Part shown: positions 25,453-54,720 of the stretch, one piece after another
Layout: every line of letters starts with the position of its first letter
Position numbering within the stretch: position 1 is the stretch's first letter
DNA from: Hormiphora californensis
Taxonomy: Eukaryota; Animalia; Ctenophora
DNA length: 64,000 nucleotides
NCBI GenBank assembly: GCA_020137815.1
Contig: CM035355.1
Span: 6,386,001-6,450,000, forward strand
Reading direction: 5' to 3'
Made by a program: the position numbers and the translations under genes
Notes under the pieces: generated by a model
What the model was told of the DNA's origin: nothing
What the model saw: only the letters and a program-made list of their open reading frames with translations
Databases searched by the model: none

Positions 25453-26323
25453 TTAAACGCCGTTTTCCTTAACTTGACCGATACCGTAACTAAAGGCGTC
25501 AAGGGCGTTTCCCTCGGCTCCCTTATTGATGTTGGTAATGTCAACTAAGCAGATCATAACAGCGGTCTCAGTACGGCTAACGTAGCACATTCGTCCGGGG
25601 ATGGTCTTGTCCTTACCTAAAAAAGAGGCAGATATTAGTATCATGATAATATCAGGTGGAAGATATATTCTAGGGAGTCTAGGGAAATGAAATACATAGT
25701 AGATTTTAGTATCAGGTAGGAGATGTTTTAGGGAAACCGGTTGAAGCAACAGGAGGAAGATCGTGCCCATCAATATGCACGAAGTTGAACTTTTAACGTA
25801 AAATGATGAGATTTTAGTTACTATTTATTTATTTATTAAAAAAAAAAAAAAAGTTGAAGCAACTATTATTAAATGGTTAATTTAGGTTAAAGGGACATGA
25901 GATAAATTGGAATCACAACTCACCGGTAAGAACCATACAGCTATCACAATCGACAGCCCTAAGGAAACTATAAGGGGGAGGGGGCGCTCCGAAGATGCTC
26001 ATATCATCTCCTGTCGAGGCAGAGCTCATCTTGGCAGCATCACCATCGGCAATGGCGGGGAAACCAGGACTAGCAGCCCACATGGCACCTGTAATAAAAT
26101 AGAAAGTGGATGATGAAACAAAATCTTCTTGGATAATAGATGAAGATAACTATTCAAACTAAAATTAAAATGGAGATGATTGTATTGTGAACTTACCAGA
26201 GTCCCTATCTCCAAGTCGGAACAACCACTTAGCCTCACTAACACCTCCCTCTCTGATGTCAGGTGCTGACCTGTTCCTGCAGCAGTCTTCGATAAAGGTT
26301 ATCCATCCTTCCCAGCCAGACAT
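25453..26323 (-). CDS. Profilin-like protein (apparent frameshifts, probably sequence errors)
   Basis: Exon 26323-26197 MSGWEGWITFIEDC...GDRDS; exon 26088-25924 GAMWAASPGF...GLSI/CMVLTG; possible small exon ~25790-25738; last exon GKDKTIPGRMCYVSRTETAVMICLV...KENGV*. Resembles profilin MAGW...GYKDSPSVWAA...KT..A. Confidence 0.55.
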
Positions 26324-27584
26324 TATTAGTTATGGGGAATGAGCTAGGAAGGTTTGGATTGTTAGAACATTGATGAAATAACTTTATTACTAAAACAGAT
26401 GAGGTCAGTCGTGTAGATCTTTACCATCCATTCTATCACCCATCACAAGATGAAATTCTGCGCCCTTTTTGAGTGGATTGTCTAGCTACTGATCAAGCAA
26501 TCTTCAAGGAAATCAGGTTCGCCATGTTTTCAATTCAGCCTCTGTTCGTTCTCAAGCGTGTGAATGTCTCAGTTATGGACTATGGTGTCCACAGAGGGGA
26601 GCAGTATTGCAGCTTGTGTGTATTGCTTTAGATCATATTTTCATTAAGGAGTCTAAGTAGCAGTCATCTGAGACCTTTAACGTTGGATTGATAAAAGGTG
26701 GGACATTTTGAGGGCATTAGCGGTGCGACAGCACATCTAATTAAGGGTCGAACTGTTACACAATAGTATTGCTATGGCTTCGTTTAAAGATCCTGTCATT
26801 GGTTAAAACCGTATGGGAATGTGTTTAAACTATGATGTGCTGTCGCACCGCGGTGATTATCATCACCTCATTATCCTGTAAACCCCCTTTCGTCACCATG
26901 GCAACAATGGTACGGTGCGACAGCACATCGTTTTGTTGTAGCCTCTATAGCACCGGTCTCAAGTTGATAAAAGATTGGGCAAGTATTATGCAATTCGATT
27001 CAGGACGACATGTGTAATTTATGAAGCGATTCTACCACGTCTGTTAAGTGCAAGAGTGGTCAGCGGAGAAGACACACAACGTGACTTTCTTCTTCAAAAG
27101 TGTGAACTTTGTGAAAGATTTTGGCATCAAGTTTTCCGTTTCGAAAATTTTAACGCGCGCCGGGTAAAGTGAACCGCTTGCGCGCAAAACAAAGCAATTC
27201 ACGCGCACCGCACGTTGCGCGCTACCAAATAAATTCCGATCCCCCCAAAATAAATTTTATCACCGGCGCCAAAGTTTAAAAATCTGTTCGCCCTTTTTTG
27301 AGTTACAGGTCGTAGTTCCACCCTCTGATAAGATAAAAACTTCAAATTTGGAGGTTAGGAAGAACATGTCGAGTTCTTCCTTACATCCAAGTTTGAAGTC
27401 TCTATCTTATCAGGAACCGGAGATATCTCAGAATTTCTGCTTTTCTTTTTCGGAGAAATGCCCTCATTTGGGGTTCCCCACGGTCATGGCGCCACCCCTG
27501 GTGAGATACAGACTTTAAAGTTAGGAAGATCAATAGTGGATTGTGTACTGCACAATTGAGAGAACTGAGCGCCGCGGCGAAAAA

Positions 27585-30580
27585 AGTTTCCATAAACGTG
27601 TCATGAAGAAACACCTTGTCCAACATTTCGAGGAAAATAACCTGTTTCCCGAATCTCAACATGGGTTTCGAAAACAACGGAGCTGTCTCACCCAGTTGAT
27701 CGAACATGTGGACACAATCCTGAAAGAACTCAGGGAGGGAAACGAAGTCGACGTGATCTACGTCGACTATGCTAAAGCATTTGATAAGGTCGACATCAAC
27801 GTTCTACTTGCAAAACTGGAACGCTACGGTATTCGAGGAAAGGTTCTCAGCTGGATCAGATGCTTCCTGACAGACAGATACCAAACTGTCGTGGTGGACG
27901 GAAAATTTTCATCACTGGAGAAAGTGCTGAGTGGAGTTCCTCAAGGTACTGTACTAGGGCCAATACTATTCATCATATACAAGGTGGCCCATAAATTATG
28001 AGGCCGGGGGACGAGCTGTACCTCCGAAACGGTGATAGTTGTGCAAAAACAATCTACGGGAACATGCTGGAACAATTCCTTGGTAACTTTTTGCAAATTT
28101 TAAGTTTTTTATTCAAAAGTTCATTTTTCATTCATGAACTATTTACACGTTCATTAATGAATTAAGGATTCTAATTTACCGAGAGTGAGCCATTTTGTTT
28201 GGGTTGAATTTATCTTTCCAATGAGCACCATGAAAATCAAATTGAAGCACCAGGTCACATGGCAGTTGAGAAAATGCACATGCATGATTTTGGATCTTCC
28301 TGCGACTTTCAATCAGCTGTATCACGGCTACCTTTTGTTCAATCTTTTTAAAAATTTGGGTGAACATTGGATAAGCAAAGATCTTTGCTCACAAGAAAAA
28401 TCAAGTTCAAAACTGAAAGTTCATTTTTAAGTTTTGGTAGTTCATTCCACTCATTCAGGAACCAACATCCCTAAAGTGATGAAAAGTGATTGGTTTTGTT
28501 TGGCCCATACCCTGCAATGATAGGGAGGTGTAAAAACACGTTTCCGGGCTAGTTAGTGGGTGTCCATGTGATCATGATGATATCTGACACCTCTTCTGAG
28601 CCATAATCAAGGGATTTTCTCAAATTCAAGCATGTGATTTGGGTTATCTGTGATTGGTATCGTGCAGCAATGTTGAGAGATCTCATAGCACCTCAAAAAT
28701 CATGATTAGCTCAATGAAATTAGTTGATTTATGATAAAAGAGATTAAAACAGACGTCAAAATGAACTAAACTACCATTTTCGATCCAAAATCAACTCATT
28801 TCATTGAGCTAATCATAGTTTTCGAGGTGCTATGAGATCTCTCAACATTGCTGCACGATACCAATCACAGATAACCCAAATCACATGCTTGAATTTGAGA
28901 AAATCCCTTGATTATGGCTCAGGAGAGGTGTCAGATATTATCATGATCACATGGACACCCACTAACTAGCCCGGAAACGTGTTTTTACACCTCCCTATCA
29001 TTGCAGGGTATGGGCCAAACAAAACCAATCACTTTTCATCACTTTAGGGATGTTGGTTCCTGAATGAGTGGAATGAACTACCAAAACTTAAAAATGAACT
29101 TTCAGTTTTGAACTTGATTTTTCTTGTGAGCAAAGATCTTTGCTTATCCAATGTTCACCCAAATTTTTAAAAAGATTGAACAAAAGGTAGCCGTGATACA
29201 GCTGATTGAAAGTCGCAGGGAGAGCCAAAATCATGCATGTGCATTTTCTCAACTGCCATGTGACCTGGTGCTTCAATTTGATTTTCATGGTGCTCATTGG
29301 AAAGATAAATTCAACCCAAACAAAATGGCTCACTCTCGGTAAATTAGAATCCTTAATTCATTAATGAACGTGTAAATAGTTCATGAATGAAAAATGAACT
29401 TTTGAATAAAAAACTCAAAATTTGCAAAAAGTTACCAAGGAATTGTTCCAGCATGTTCCCGTAGTTTGTTTTTGCACAACTATCACCGTTTCGGAGGTAC
29501 ATCTCGTCCCCCGGCCTCATAATTTATGGGCCACCTTGTATGTTGCGGACCTGAACTCTGCCGTAGTAAACTCGATCCCAAAAACCCTGGCCGACGACAC
29601 GAAACTTATAAAGGGAATTGAAGGAGAAGTGTCGCATGACCAACTACAAGAGGACCTAATAAAAGTGGGAATTTGGTCGAAGGCCAACAACATGAGTCTG
29701 AATGAAGACAAGTTTGAGGTCTTGCAGTACTCTCTCAACAAGACTCAACTCCTGAAACAGTTACCATTCACCCAAGACCTCCAAACATACTACACTCCAG
29801 AAGGACTCAAGATTGAACCAAAACAATGTGTCCGTGACTTAGGGGTCCAACTTTCAGATGATCTATCCTGGGAACACCAAATAGGAAAAATGACATCAGA
29901 CGCCCGAAAGATAAGTGCATGGGTACTGAGGGCCTTTAAAACAAGGGAGGAAAAGACTATGACTATCCTTTACAAAAGTCTAGTCCGCAGTAAACTGGAA
30001 TACTGCTGCCCACTCTGGGATTCGCCAAAGATCTCAGATATCCAAAACGTTGAAGCGATCCAGCGAAAGTTTACTAAACGTATCAAAGGTATGGCTGATA
30101 TGAACTACTGGGAGCGTCTAAAAAAGCTGAAAATAACTTCCCTTCAACGCCGCCGAGAACGCTACAGCATCATCATGATGTGGAAAATGGCCAATGGTAA
30201 AGCGCCCAACAACATTGGCATCCGCTTTTACAACAACAACCGTCTCGGAAAAAAAGCGGAGATCCCAACCTGTCCCACAGTCACTCAAAAGTCAGTCGCA
30301 ACGAAGTACCACAACTCGTTCATCTGTAGAGCGACTCGACTATGGAACACACTACCCAGTGAGGTGAACTTAGCGGAGAACCTACCGTCGTTCAAGGTAC
30401 TTCTGGGGAAATGGATGTCTAGAATCCCGGATCGCCCACCGGTACTCGGATACCCAAAACAGAATAACAATTCAATCTTGGACTGGATACGGATAGTTTC
30501 CAGGGAGGGGGAGGCTCTGTGAGGAACTGACACCTGTGTAACTTGTACACGAAGACGATAACAAGATAACAAGATAACGC
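27585..30580 (+). mobile_element. 5'-truncated CR1/L2-group LINE (ORF2 reverse transcriptase), interrupted by a palindromic insertion
   Basis: QHGFRKQRSCLTQL, YVDYAKAFDKV, SGVPQGTVLGPILFIIY | VADL...LADDTKL, LVRSKLEYCCPLW, LQRRRERY; stop at 30522; 3' (GATAACAA)n tail at 30557-30578. Confidence 0.93.
27980..29538. mobile_element. 1.56-kb near-perfect palindromic Tc1/mariner-type non-autonomous element (TA TSD)
   Basis: TA|CAAGGTGGCCCATAAATTATGAGG...CCTCATAATTTATGGGCCACCTTG|TA. Arms ~750 bp, spacer ~57 bp. Removing it restores the LINE reading frame. Confidence 0.92.
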
Positions 30581-31839
30581 TGCAAATCGAGTGCAAAAGA
30601 CGCAGTCGTTACACCCAGATAAGAGCGGCACGGGCCTCTGGGTGTAACGACTGTGTAAACGCTGTGTAAATACTGAACTTTTTTAGAGATCCCTATGGCC
30701 TTCGGGCATTCACCCGGGCAGGGGAAATCGAACTTTCTGATTAAATATTATGCTTTTGAGTAACTATCGATCGTTCTGTAAACATTTTGAAGTAGTTTAC
30801 AAGACGTACGGATGATGCAAAAAACGAAAAACTTTTTGTGCTGTCGACGCAATCTAGTCGAAACACGGTGTCCGGCCTCCATCTTGACTTCCCAACGCTT
30901 GGATTCTGCTAGTCACACATGCGGCAGTAAGATAATCTTGAGGCACATCCCGTGATTTTCTTTGGTGACACATTCACCCCTCCACTTCTATCTATCTATC
31001 TACGGAGTGCCTGGGTTTGCCAACGGCAAGCCCACAGGGGACTATCGCAAAGCAATATCGCCGGCACTAGGAGCCGGGAAACAAAGCCCGTGAAGCATGG
31101 CATAACTAAGTGTTTTCTCATTTCTTTTTTATTAACCTGATATTTCCCTGTTAGTGTTAGGAGGGTAGTCATTTGAAAAAAAGAAATATACGCTAAAAAC
31201 AAGGTAAGATAAACACATGAAATTAAGGGTACGAAATATTAAGAATTTCTTGTTTTTCCCGCTTCCTAAAATCCTACTTAGTTTAATTAAATAGGCATTT
31301 CTTGCATTACTTTATCGTTTCTAGTCATTGACGTGGTCTTATACTTATCTCTTCTCTCTATGTTGGCCTCTCACTCTGTCTCATACACTTCCCTCCCTCC
31401 CTCTCTCCCTTTGTCTCATTTCCGTCTCTATGTCTCATAATATTCACACTCGCATTCACCCACAGCTTGCCATCAAGCCAATATATATATTGTAATGTAC
31501 AGTTACAATCTCTAATTAACACGCCAGGTCATCTCAAATGCACTTAACTTATATTTTATCATGTTATTTACCTCTCTCTCTCTATCTCTGTTGGTCTCTA
31601 CCTCCATCTCTCTCTCTTAGATCTCCCTCCTCTTTCTCTACCCCTCCTTCTCTCTCTGTGTTCTCCCTCTCTCTATGTGTCTCTTTCTCCCTACTCTGTC
31701 TGATCCTAATTGGGAAAAGTGCATTTTACCGAATTTATCTCCTTTATCTCCTTTGTTACATTTACCATGTTTGTTGCTCTCAATTGTTGCGCTTCTCTCA
31801 TCATCTGAATATTGTTGTCTTCTCGCATCTCAATATAAA

Positions 31840-31962
31840 CAGTCGGACCCCGATTTACCGGACCCCGATTTACTGGACCCCGATTTACTGGACCCCGATT
31901 TACCGGACCCTGATTAACCGGACCCCGATTTGCCGGACCCCGATTTACTGCACCCCGATTTA
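31840..31962. repeat. 15-bp tandem repeat (GGACCCCGATTTACC)n following CAGTC; probable MITE terminus
   Basis: About 8 copies. A related fragment lies at ~40303-40372. Confidence 0.75.
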
Positions 31963-34097
31963 CATCTATGGACTGTCTTGGCGGAGAGGCTGTTATAGCT
32001 CGGCTCCCCCGGAGGTTAAGCGACTCCTTTCTCAACTTAACGGGTGTCTTCCCCTTTCCTAGTAAGACATTTAATTAGTGTGATGAGGAAGATCTTGTGT
32101 TGTGAGGAATGAACAAGAATGAACAAGAATGGTTTGCATGATTCACACACAGGGTGCCCTCCGTGCCAGCGCCTTAGTGGGGAAATGGGTGACTTCGTTA
32201 CCATGTGCCTCATATAATATTGATAATCACATGGCTCGAACGGTGGGGTATAGAGTTTGTCGGGGGGGGGGGGATGTCTAGTCCTGGATTTACCATGACA
32301 TTAAACCAAACTGGGCACACTGGATTAATTCACCTGCCTCGTAATCTGGACGTTTAGTACAAGTGAGGGTTTACAAGATCTCTTCCCTGTCTTTTACCCT
32401 TTCTCCTTCTCTCTATCTCTCTTTTTCCCCTCTCTCTTTCCCTCTCCCTTTTTTCTTTATCCAAGCACATGTTTTTCTTTCCCAGCTTTGATTTTTTGTT
32501 CATATTAAGTCATTAACCGACCAGTGCGGCAACAGCGGCCTGTGTGTCGCATAATGGTTCTGTCTATTTAGTTGTTTTCCATTATGTCTACTACTAAAAG
32601 CAGTTTTCAGTGAAGTGATTAGTAATGGCAGGATTATTGGATTATGAGTTAGCTATTAGCGTTCACCATATTTAACAGCGTTCTCTCTCTTCTCTCATCT
32701 CTCTCTCTTCTCTCTCTTATCTTACGGCATGATACGTCTCTGCATGCTCTCCAACACTTAGTAGACATATTCTATGCACTCTAATAGCGCTCCTTATCTC
32801 TAGTCTCTCGCTCTCTCTCTAAGCTACTCCTCTCTTACCCTCATTGCTTCATAGTCTGAGCGAACTAACTCGCTATCTACAGTCACTGGTACTGCTCATC
32901 TCTATCTCTCATCGTCTCTATCACTCTCTTCGACGGGTCTACGATAAGACGATTCTCGATTCTCTACTCTGACTCTCAGATTTCACATGACGAGAAGCAG
33001 AGCATCGATGCTCATAAGAGAGTCCTCGTCCTCTCTGCATCCTCGTCACTAGACAGAGATGGATCTTCAGCTACGGAGGCACTCCTCTCCGATCGAGAGA
33101 GATCGCGTGCTGCTTCGAGCATCTCTCACGAAATCACTCCTCTCACCCTCTCATCTCATCTCTCTCTCTCTCTCTCTCTGCAGGCTAGAGTCATCAGACC
33201 TTCCGCACTAGCTCGAGTCAGAGTTCTCTCGTATCTCTAGTAGAGACATGAGCGATAATAAGCCTTGAGAGATCCCTCATTCCTCGAACAGAGAGGTTTA
33301 CATACTGACTTTCGAGATCATTCTCGTTTACAACAGACTGTACATCTCTCGTCCAGCTGCATCCTGCAGCTCTCTAGACAAACTAATGATCTGAGACAAA
33401 CTGAATATCAGGAAATATACTGACGTCACAGAGCGATAAAGAAGTGTAATAGGATCATAGTTTAAAAGACTATTGAAGCGTAATAGTACAAAGCTTACAG
33501 GCCAAAAAACTAGAGGAGAGAAAATGAGAGATGGATGGTAAAAGTAGTACAGAAGGGAGTATCTCCATGTCTCAAGTAGGTAGGACTTTGTAACGGATCG
33601 ATCTGGTCTGTAATAGCCATTAAGGCTATAAATAGTCGTTTAGTCAGAGACAAGTTACTCTAGATAGACAGAGAGAGATAGAGCCAGACGTATGAGAAGA
33701 GTTCGCCACTCGGTTCATCCTCGAGACGCCATGAAGAGAGCAGAAGATGCTACTACGAGAGAGAGAATTTCATCAGCGTACCCTCATAGTAGACAGAATA
33801 TATGAGATTAGAGAGAATTCCTCAGACGAGATAACGAGCTGATAGATGTCAGTAGAGAGCAGATAAACTAGCTCGAGTTATGAGTTCAGAGATGAGATAT
33901 GCGCATATGAGGTAGACGAGAAGGAACGGCCTCTCTAGAACTCACGTAGAGAGAGCATAGGAGAGCAAGAGTCGTAGAGCAATAGCTGCGAGAGTGAGAG
34001 AAGCGAGTCTTACAGTCGATGAGCTAGATGCTCCATCTCTGCTGAGCAGAGAGACTACTCGTCTCTACTCAAAGGATAGACGCGCACAGTCGCTGGA

Positions 34098-34208
<111 letters not shown>

Positions 34209-34896
34209 TCTTTCATTCTCTGACGTCACACAGAGCGGTATTTAAACATGTAAGTTGTAATTTTCGAGAATCATTCTCGGTTTACAAACAGACTGTGAGA
34301 GCAATAAACAGAGTACACAGAAGCTTGGCAACAAGCACGACAGAGAGAGAAAACTGAAAGAGAGATGGAGAGAAAACTGAAAGAGAGATGGAGAGAAAGA
34401 GAAAGATAGATAGCTAGAAGGGAGGGAAAGAGAGAGAGAGAAATAAGGATAGAAGAGATAGAGAAACTATTGATAACGGATCGATTTCTTGGTCTGTAAT
34501 AGCCATTACAGGCCTATAAATAGTCTGCTTTTAGTCCGAAGAGATAAGTTGAGAGACTTGGCATGGTTTTTCTCAGTCTAGTATCAGTATTTTTTCCTAT
34601 CTCCATCCTTCTTTTTTCTCACACTCCCGTCTCCAGCTCCCAGTGTTCCCTTGTTTTGTGTGATATGATCACCCTGGAAATCTGTCAGGAATTTGTAGTG
34701 AACTCATTTTGTAATTTCTACAATTACATACCTTTTTACCTTCACTAAACATCCTTTCTTTTTCTCTTTCTTCCTCTTTCTCTTGCTCTCTCTTTCTCTC
34801 TCGCAACTAAATTTATATCTTGTCTTGAACTCCCTAAAGCAGTTTCTACTTTATTTTTGTCCGCATCACCCACTCACACATATTTTCAGTATCACC

Positions 34897-46469
<11,573 letters not shown>

Positions 46470-46909
46470 TAATCCTGTACATGTGTATGTTGGTATAATA
46501 ATACGTGCAATTTTACATGTGAGAGAAAGAGTGGGAGTGGGGGAAACAGAGGGAGGAAGTTTCGGGAGAGAATGAGAGAGAGAGATGGAGAGGCATATTT
46601 TGATTTTAAATTCCCACACGATACACATAAAAATATTCGAAACCCGATATATTTTTGAACTGTTATAGTCCTCTCTTATCCCCCGGTGAATAATGAATGT
46701 TTTAATTGATTGAAAACTGTCTTTTCTGATTAACTCTATCATGTGTGTGTGTTTTTTTGTTTATCTTTTTTTTCAATCCGTCTGTGCGAATTATTCTGGC
46801 TTAAAAATGTAAAATGTCACTGCAGTCGAAGAGGGAAGAATTTATTTTTGCCATTTTTATTTGAGTGGTTGTTAATACACGATATAAACTGTCTTCCACT
46901 AAAACAGAT

Positions 46910-47012
<103 letters not shown>

Positions 47013-47929
47013 GAGATGAGAGCGTTGCAGCCGTTTCATATAAAAATGTTACCATTTGTTGTTTTTACCGTTTGTGACCAAAAATCAACGACTTTTCAGC
47101 TTTTCTTCGACATAAAATCCATTTCAGGAAAAATTTAGAAAGTGAAGCTGTAATCATATTTCATAATATTAATTATCTCATCACTTGACACACACACACA
47201 CACTAGAGCGAACACACTGCTGCTGAGAGACACTGAGCTTCGTGTGTAACTCTGAACAGGAGATGATGACACCACACTTGATGGAACGCGCGGAGAGACA
47301 AAGTGATGAGTTCGAGGCGCAGTCACGCGCGCACCCATTGTCTTGAGAGGGAAAATGAACCCCCTCGCAGTCTCCTCGTTCCGTCACTCAACTGCACTGG
47401 CAAGGAGCACTCATCCCTGGTTACCAGTTGCTAATTCGAATGAAATACCCCTCGACCTTTGTATGCATTATTAGCAAATTCCATAAATTTCAGGCACCAG
47501 CAAACTACAAATTAAAAGCTGTTCATCGGTTTTGCTTTTAAAAAGCTAAAACATAATTGTTGAAGTTATTTTACACAATCACATTGCACTTACTCCTACA
47601 GCATTGCTTTAATACGATCTTCATATGTACCGCTACCTAATGACTCATTAAATGAGGAACATATGCATACACTATAAATTGTTCATCTGCCAGGCAAATT
47701 CTCTGACAATTGTTCATTCATTGAACTCATTTCAATCAGGCTGATCCCTTCTCTCCCGTTTTTGTATCTCTGAATCTATCCACTCATTAATTTCAATAAA
47801 TGAGTCTGATTGTGAAAATGATAATTCTTCTTTCGGATTTTCAGTGTTTCTATATTTCGTTCCACTAAATCATCTGTAGCTCTATCTTTCACGTAGTTGA
47901 GGATCTGTAGTAATCCCAGGGACTTGGAA

Positions 47930-52610
<4,681 letters not shown>

Positions 52611-52819
52611 AGGGAGCTGAAAATATATGGGGTGTTTTAGGATCGGAGTGGTTTATTGGGGGCTCAGTGAGAATCTAGGGCATGTTGTCACCCCAAGAAG
52701 GTCAGAATGAAAAATGCAACAATTCCACATGGCAAGGGCTCAACGAGAACCAACGCTAGCTAGAAACAGAACAGAATTGTAAGAATGAAGGGGTGACGTC
52801 CCACTAATTACTAGCCAGT

Positions 52820-53112
52820 GCCCAGTACCAGTAGTACTGGTCCAGTACCTGTACCAGTACCAGTACCTGTACCAGTAGTACCAGTAGTACTGGTCCAGTA
52901 CCAGTACCAGTACCAGTACCAGTAAACCAGTACCAGTACCAGTACCAGTACCAGTACCAGTACCAGTACCAGTACCAGTACCAGTAGTACCAGTAGTACT
53001 GGTCCAGTACCAGTACCAGTACCAGTACCAGTACCAGTAAACCAGTACCAGTACCAGTACCAGTACCAGTACCAGTACCAGTACCAGTACCTGTACCAGT
53101 ACCAGTACCAGT
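52820..53112. repeat. (GTACCA)n hexamer microsatellite
   Basis: Read directly from the sequence. Confidence 0.95.
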
Positions 53113-53382
53113 AACAAAACCCTGCCCAAGATTGGAGACAAATTGACAACTGAGATTGAGGGGTAGACTGTCAGGCCAATTATGCTCTGACCACAGTTCT
53201 CGCGTGCGAGAAATGAGAATATGGTCAGGCCAATGCTCTTACAAGGGGTAGACGGACATAGATAGTAGTATTTGCAGTAATCGAGTATCGAAGAAACTGG
53301 TGCAAAAAGCATCGTGTACAAAGTAATATAGAGCAATCAATAACCCGACACCCATCAAGTGACTTTCACTAAAAATGCATGT

Positions 53383-53444
<62 letters not shown>

Positions 53445-53913
53445 GCTTATGCAAGCATTTTGTTCTTTTCTTCTCCAATCTTTCACTCACCCCCTTCGTT
53501 TCCTTTTTGTCAGTACGCGGTGGTAGTCCTACTATTATACTATCTCTCAGATTCTCTACCTATCTTTCTTTCTTTCTTCCCTTGACACACGTCCTTTCTA
53601 TCACTAGCTCTGATGACACGTGCTGAGGGGGTCACGTGATCATTCCCAACGGTCCTCATTGGTTACCATGGTTACCGTTTTGGTGTGTGACAACATACAC
53701 GTGTCATCTTTAGCGACACATGTGCATCAACCTAATTCTCTTCACGGCATTTGGTCACGCCGCATCTCTCTCTCTCTGACAGTCTCTCTCTGAGAGTCTC
53801 TCTCGATTTCTCTCCCGTTTTAGTAGTGCAGTCGAAGTCTCTGTTGTCAACGAGAGAAAGGAGAGAGAGAAAGAGAGAGAGATAGAGAGAGAGAGAGTGA
53901 GTGAGAGAGAGAT

Positions 53914-53987
<74 letters not shown>

Positions 53988-54720
53988 TGATCGCTTCTTG
54001 ACAGTTGATGGGCACGTGCTTTTTGACACAGAATCGTAATCGCGTGGTAGGTTACGGTCGGTTTTGCAAATGCTCCATTCTTTTAGGGTCTCACTAATAA
54101 AACTGTTTAGAAAAGGCACATACAGGAGTTTGGTTCACACGAGCAAAATATGATAATGATAAAACTGCTTAATGCCCTGTTTTATCGACTTGAGGCGCCA
54201 GGCAAAGTTTGAAACAAAGCATTGGGACTCAAATCAATAATCCTTGAATTCTGACCGGGGATTGTGACCGGGGACTATGAACAACAATCAAATAACTCTA
54301 CTCCCGAAAGTAGGAAGCATGCAAAATTAAATTGCAGGCAATTTCATTAGCAATCATGGACTCATGGCGTACGAGTTGTAAAAATTAAATGGGGCCCCAA
54401 AAAAAAAATCGCGCGCTCGGGTAGAGAAAAAGACAGACATGATTGTGGCGTCATCTAATGCCTCGTCTATGTGGATTTGACAGTTCAGGCTACTCAAGAA
54501 TAATCAATGTGTCCGACTTTTTTACCTCATAACTGTTGACATAAATTAATTAAAATTGGAAATAATAATAACCTCTGTGGGCACCTAGGTACCTTGAATG
54601 ATGGCAGAGGTCTAAAAATACTTGCTAGTTTTCCCCTTCGCTATCCATTCCCTTCTTCCCCACGCTTAAAAAACATGGTCCAAAAATACTCTGCTGGTGA
54701 GAATGATTTCGGTTTGAAAG

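Noticed and set aside
54660-54700. Possible EXO1 C-terminal PIP-box-like QQSI...FF beyond the stop at 54721
   Set aside because: It requires assuming several indels.
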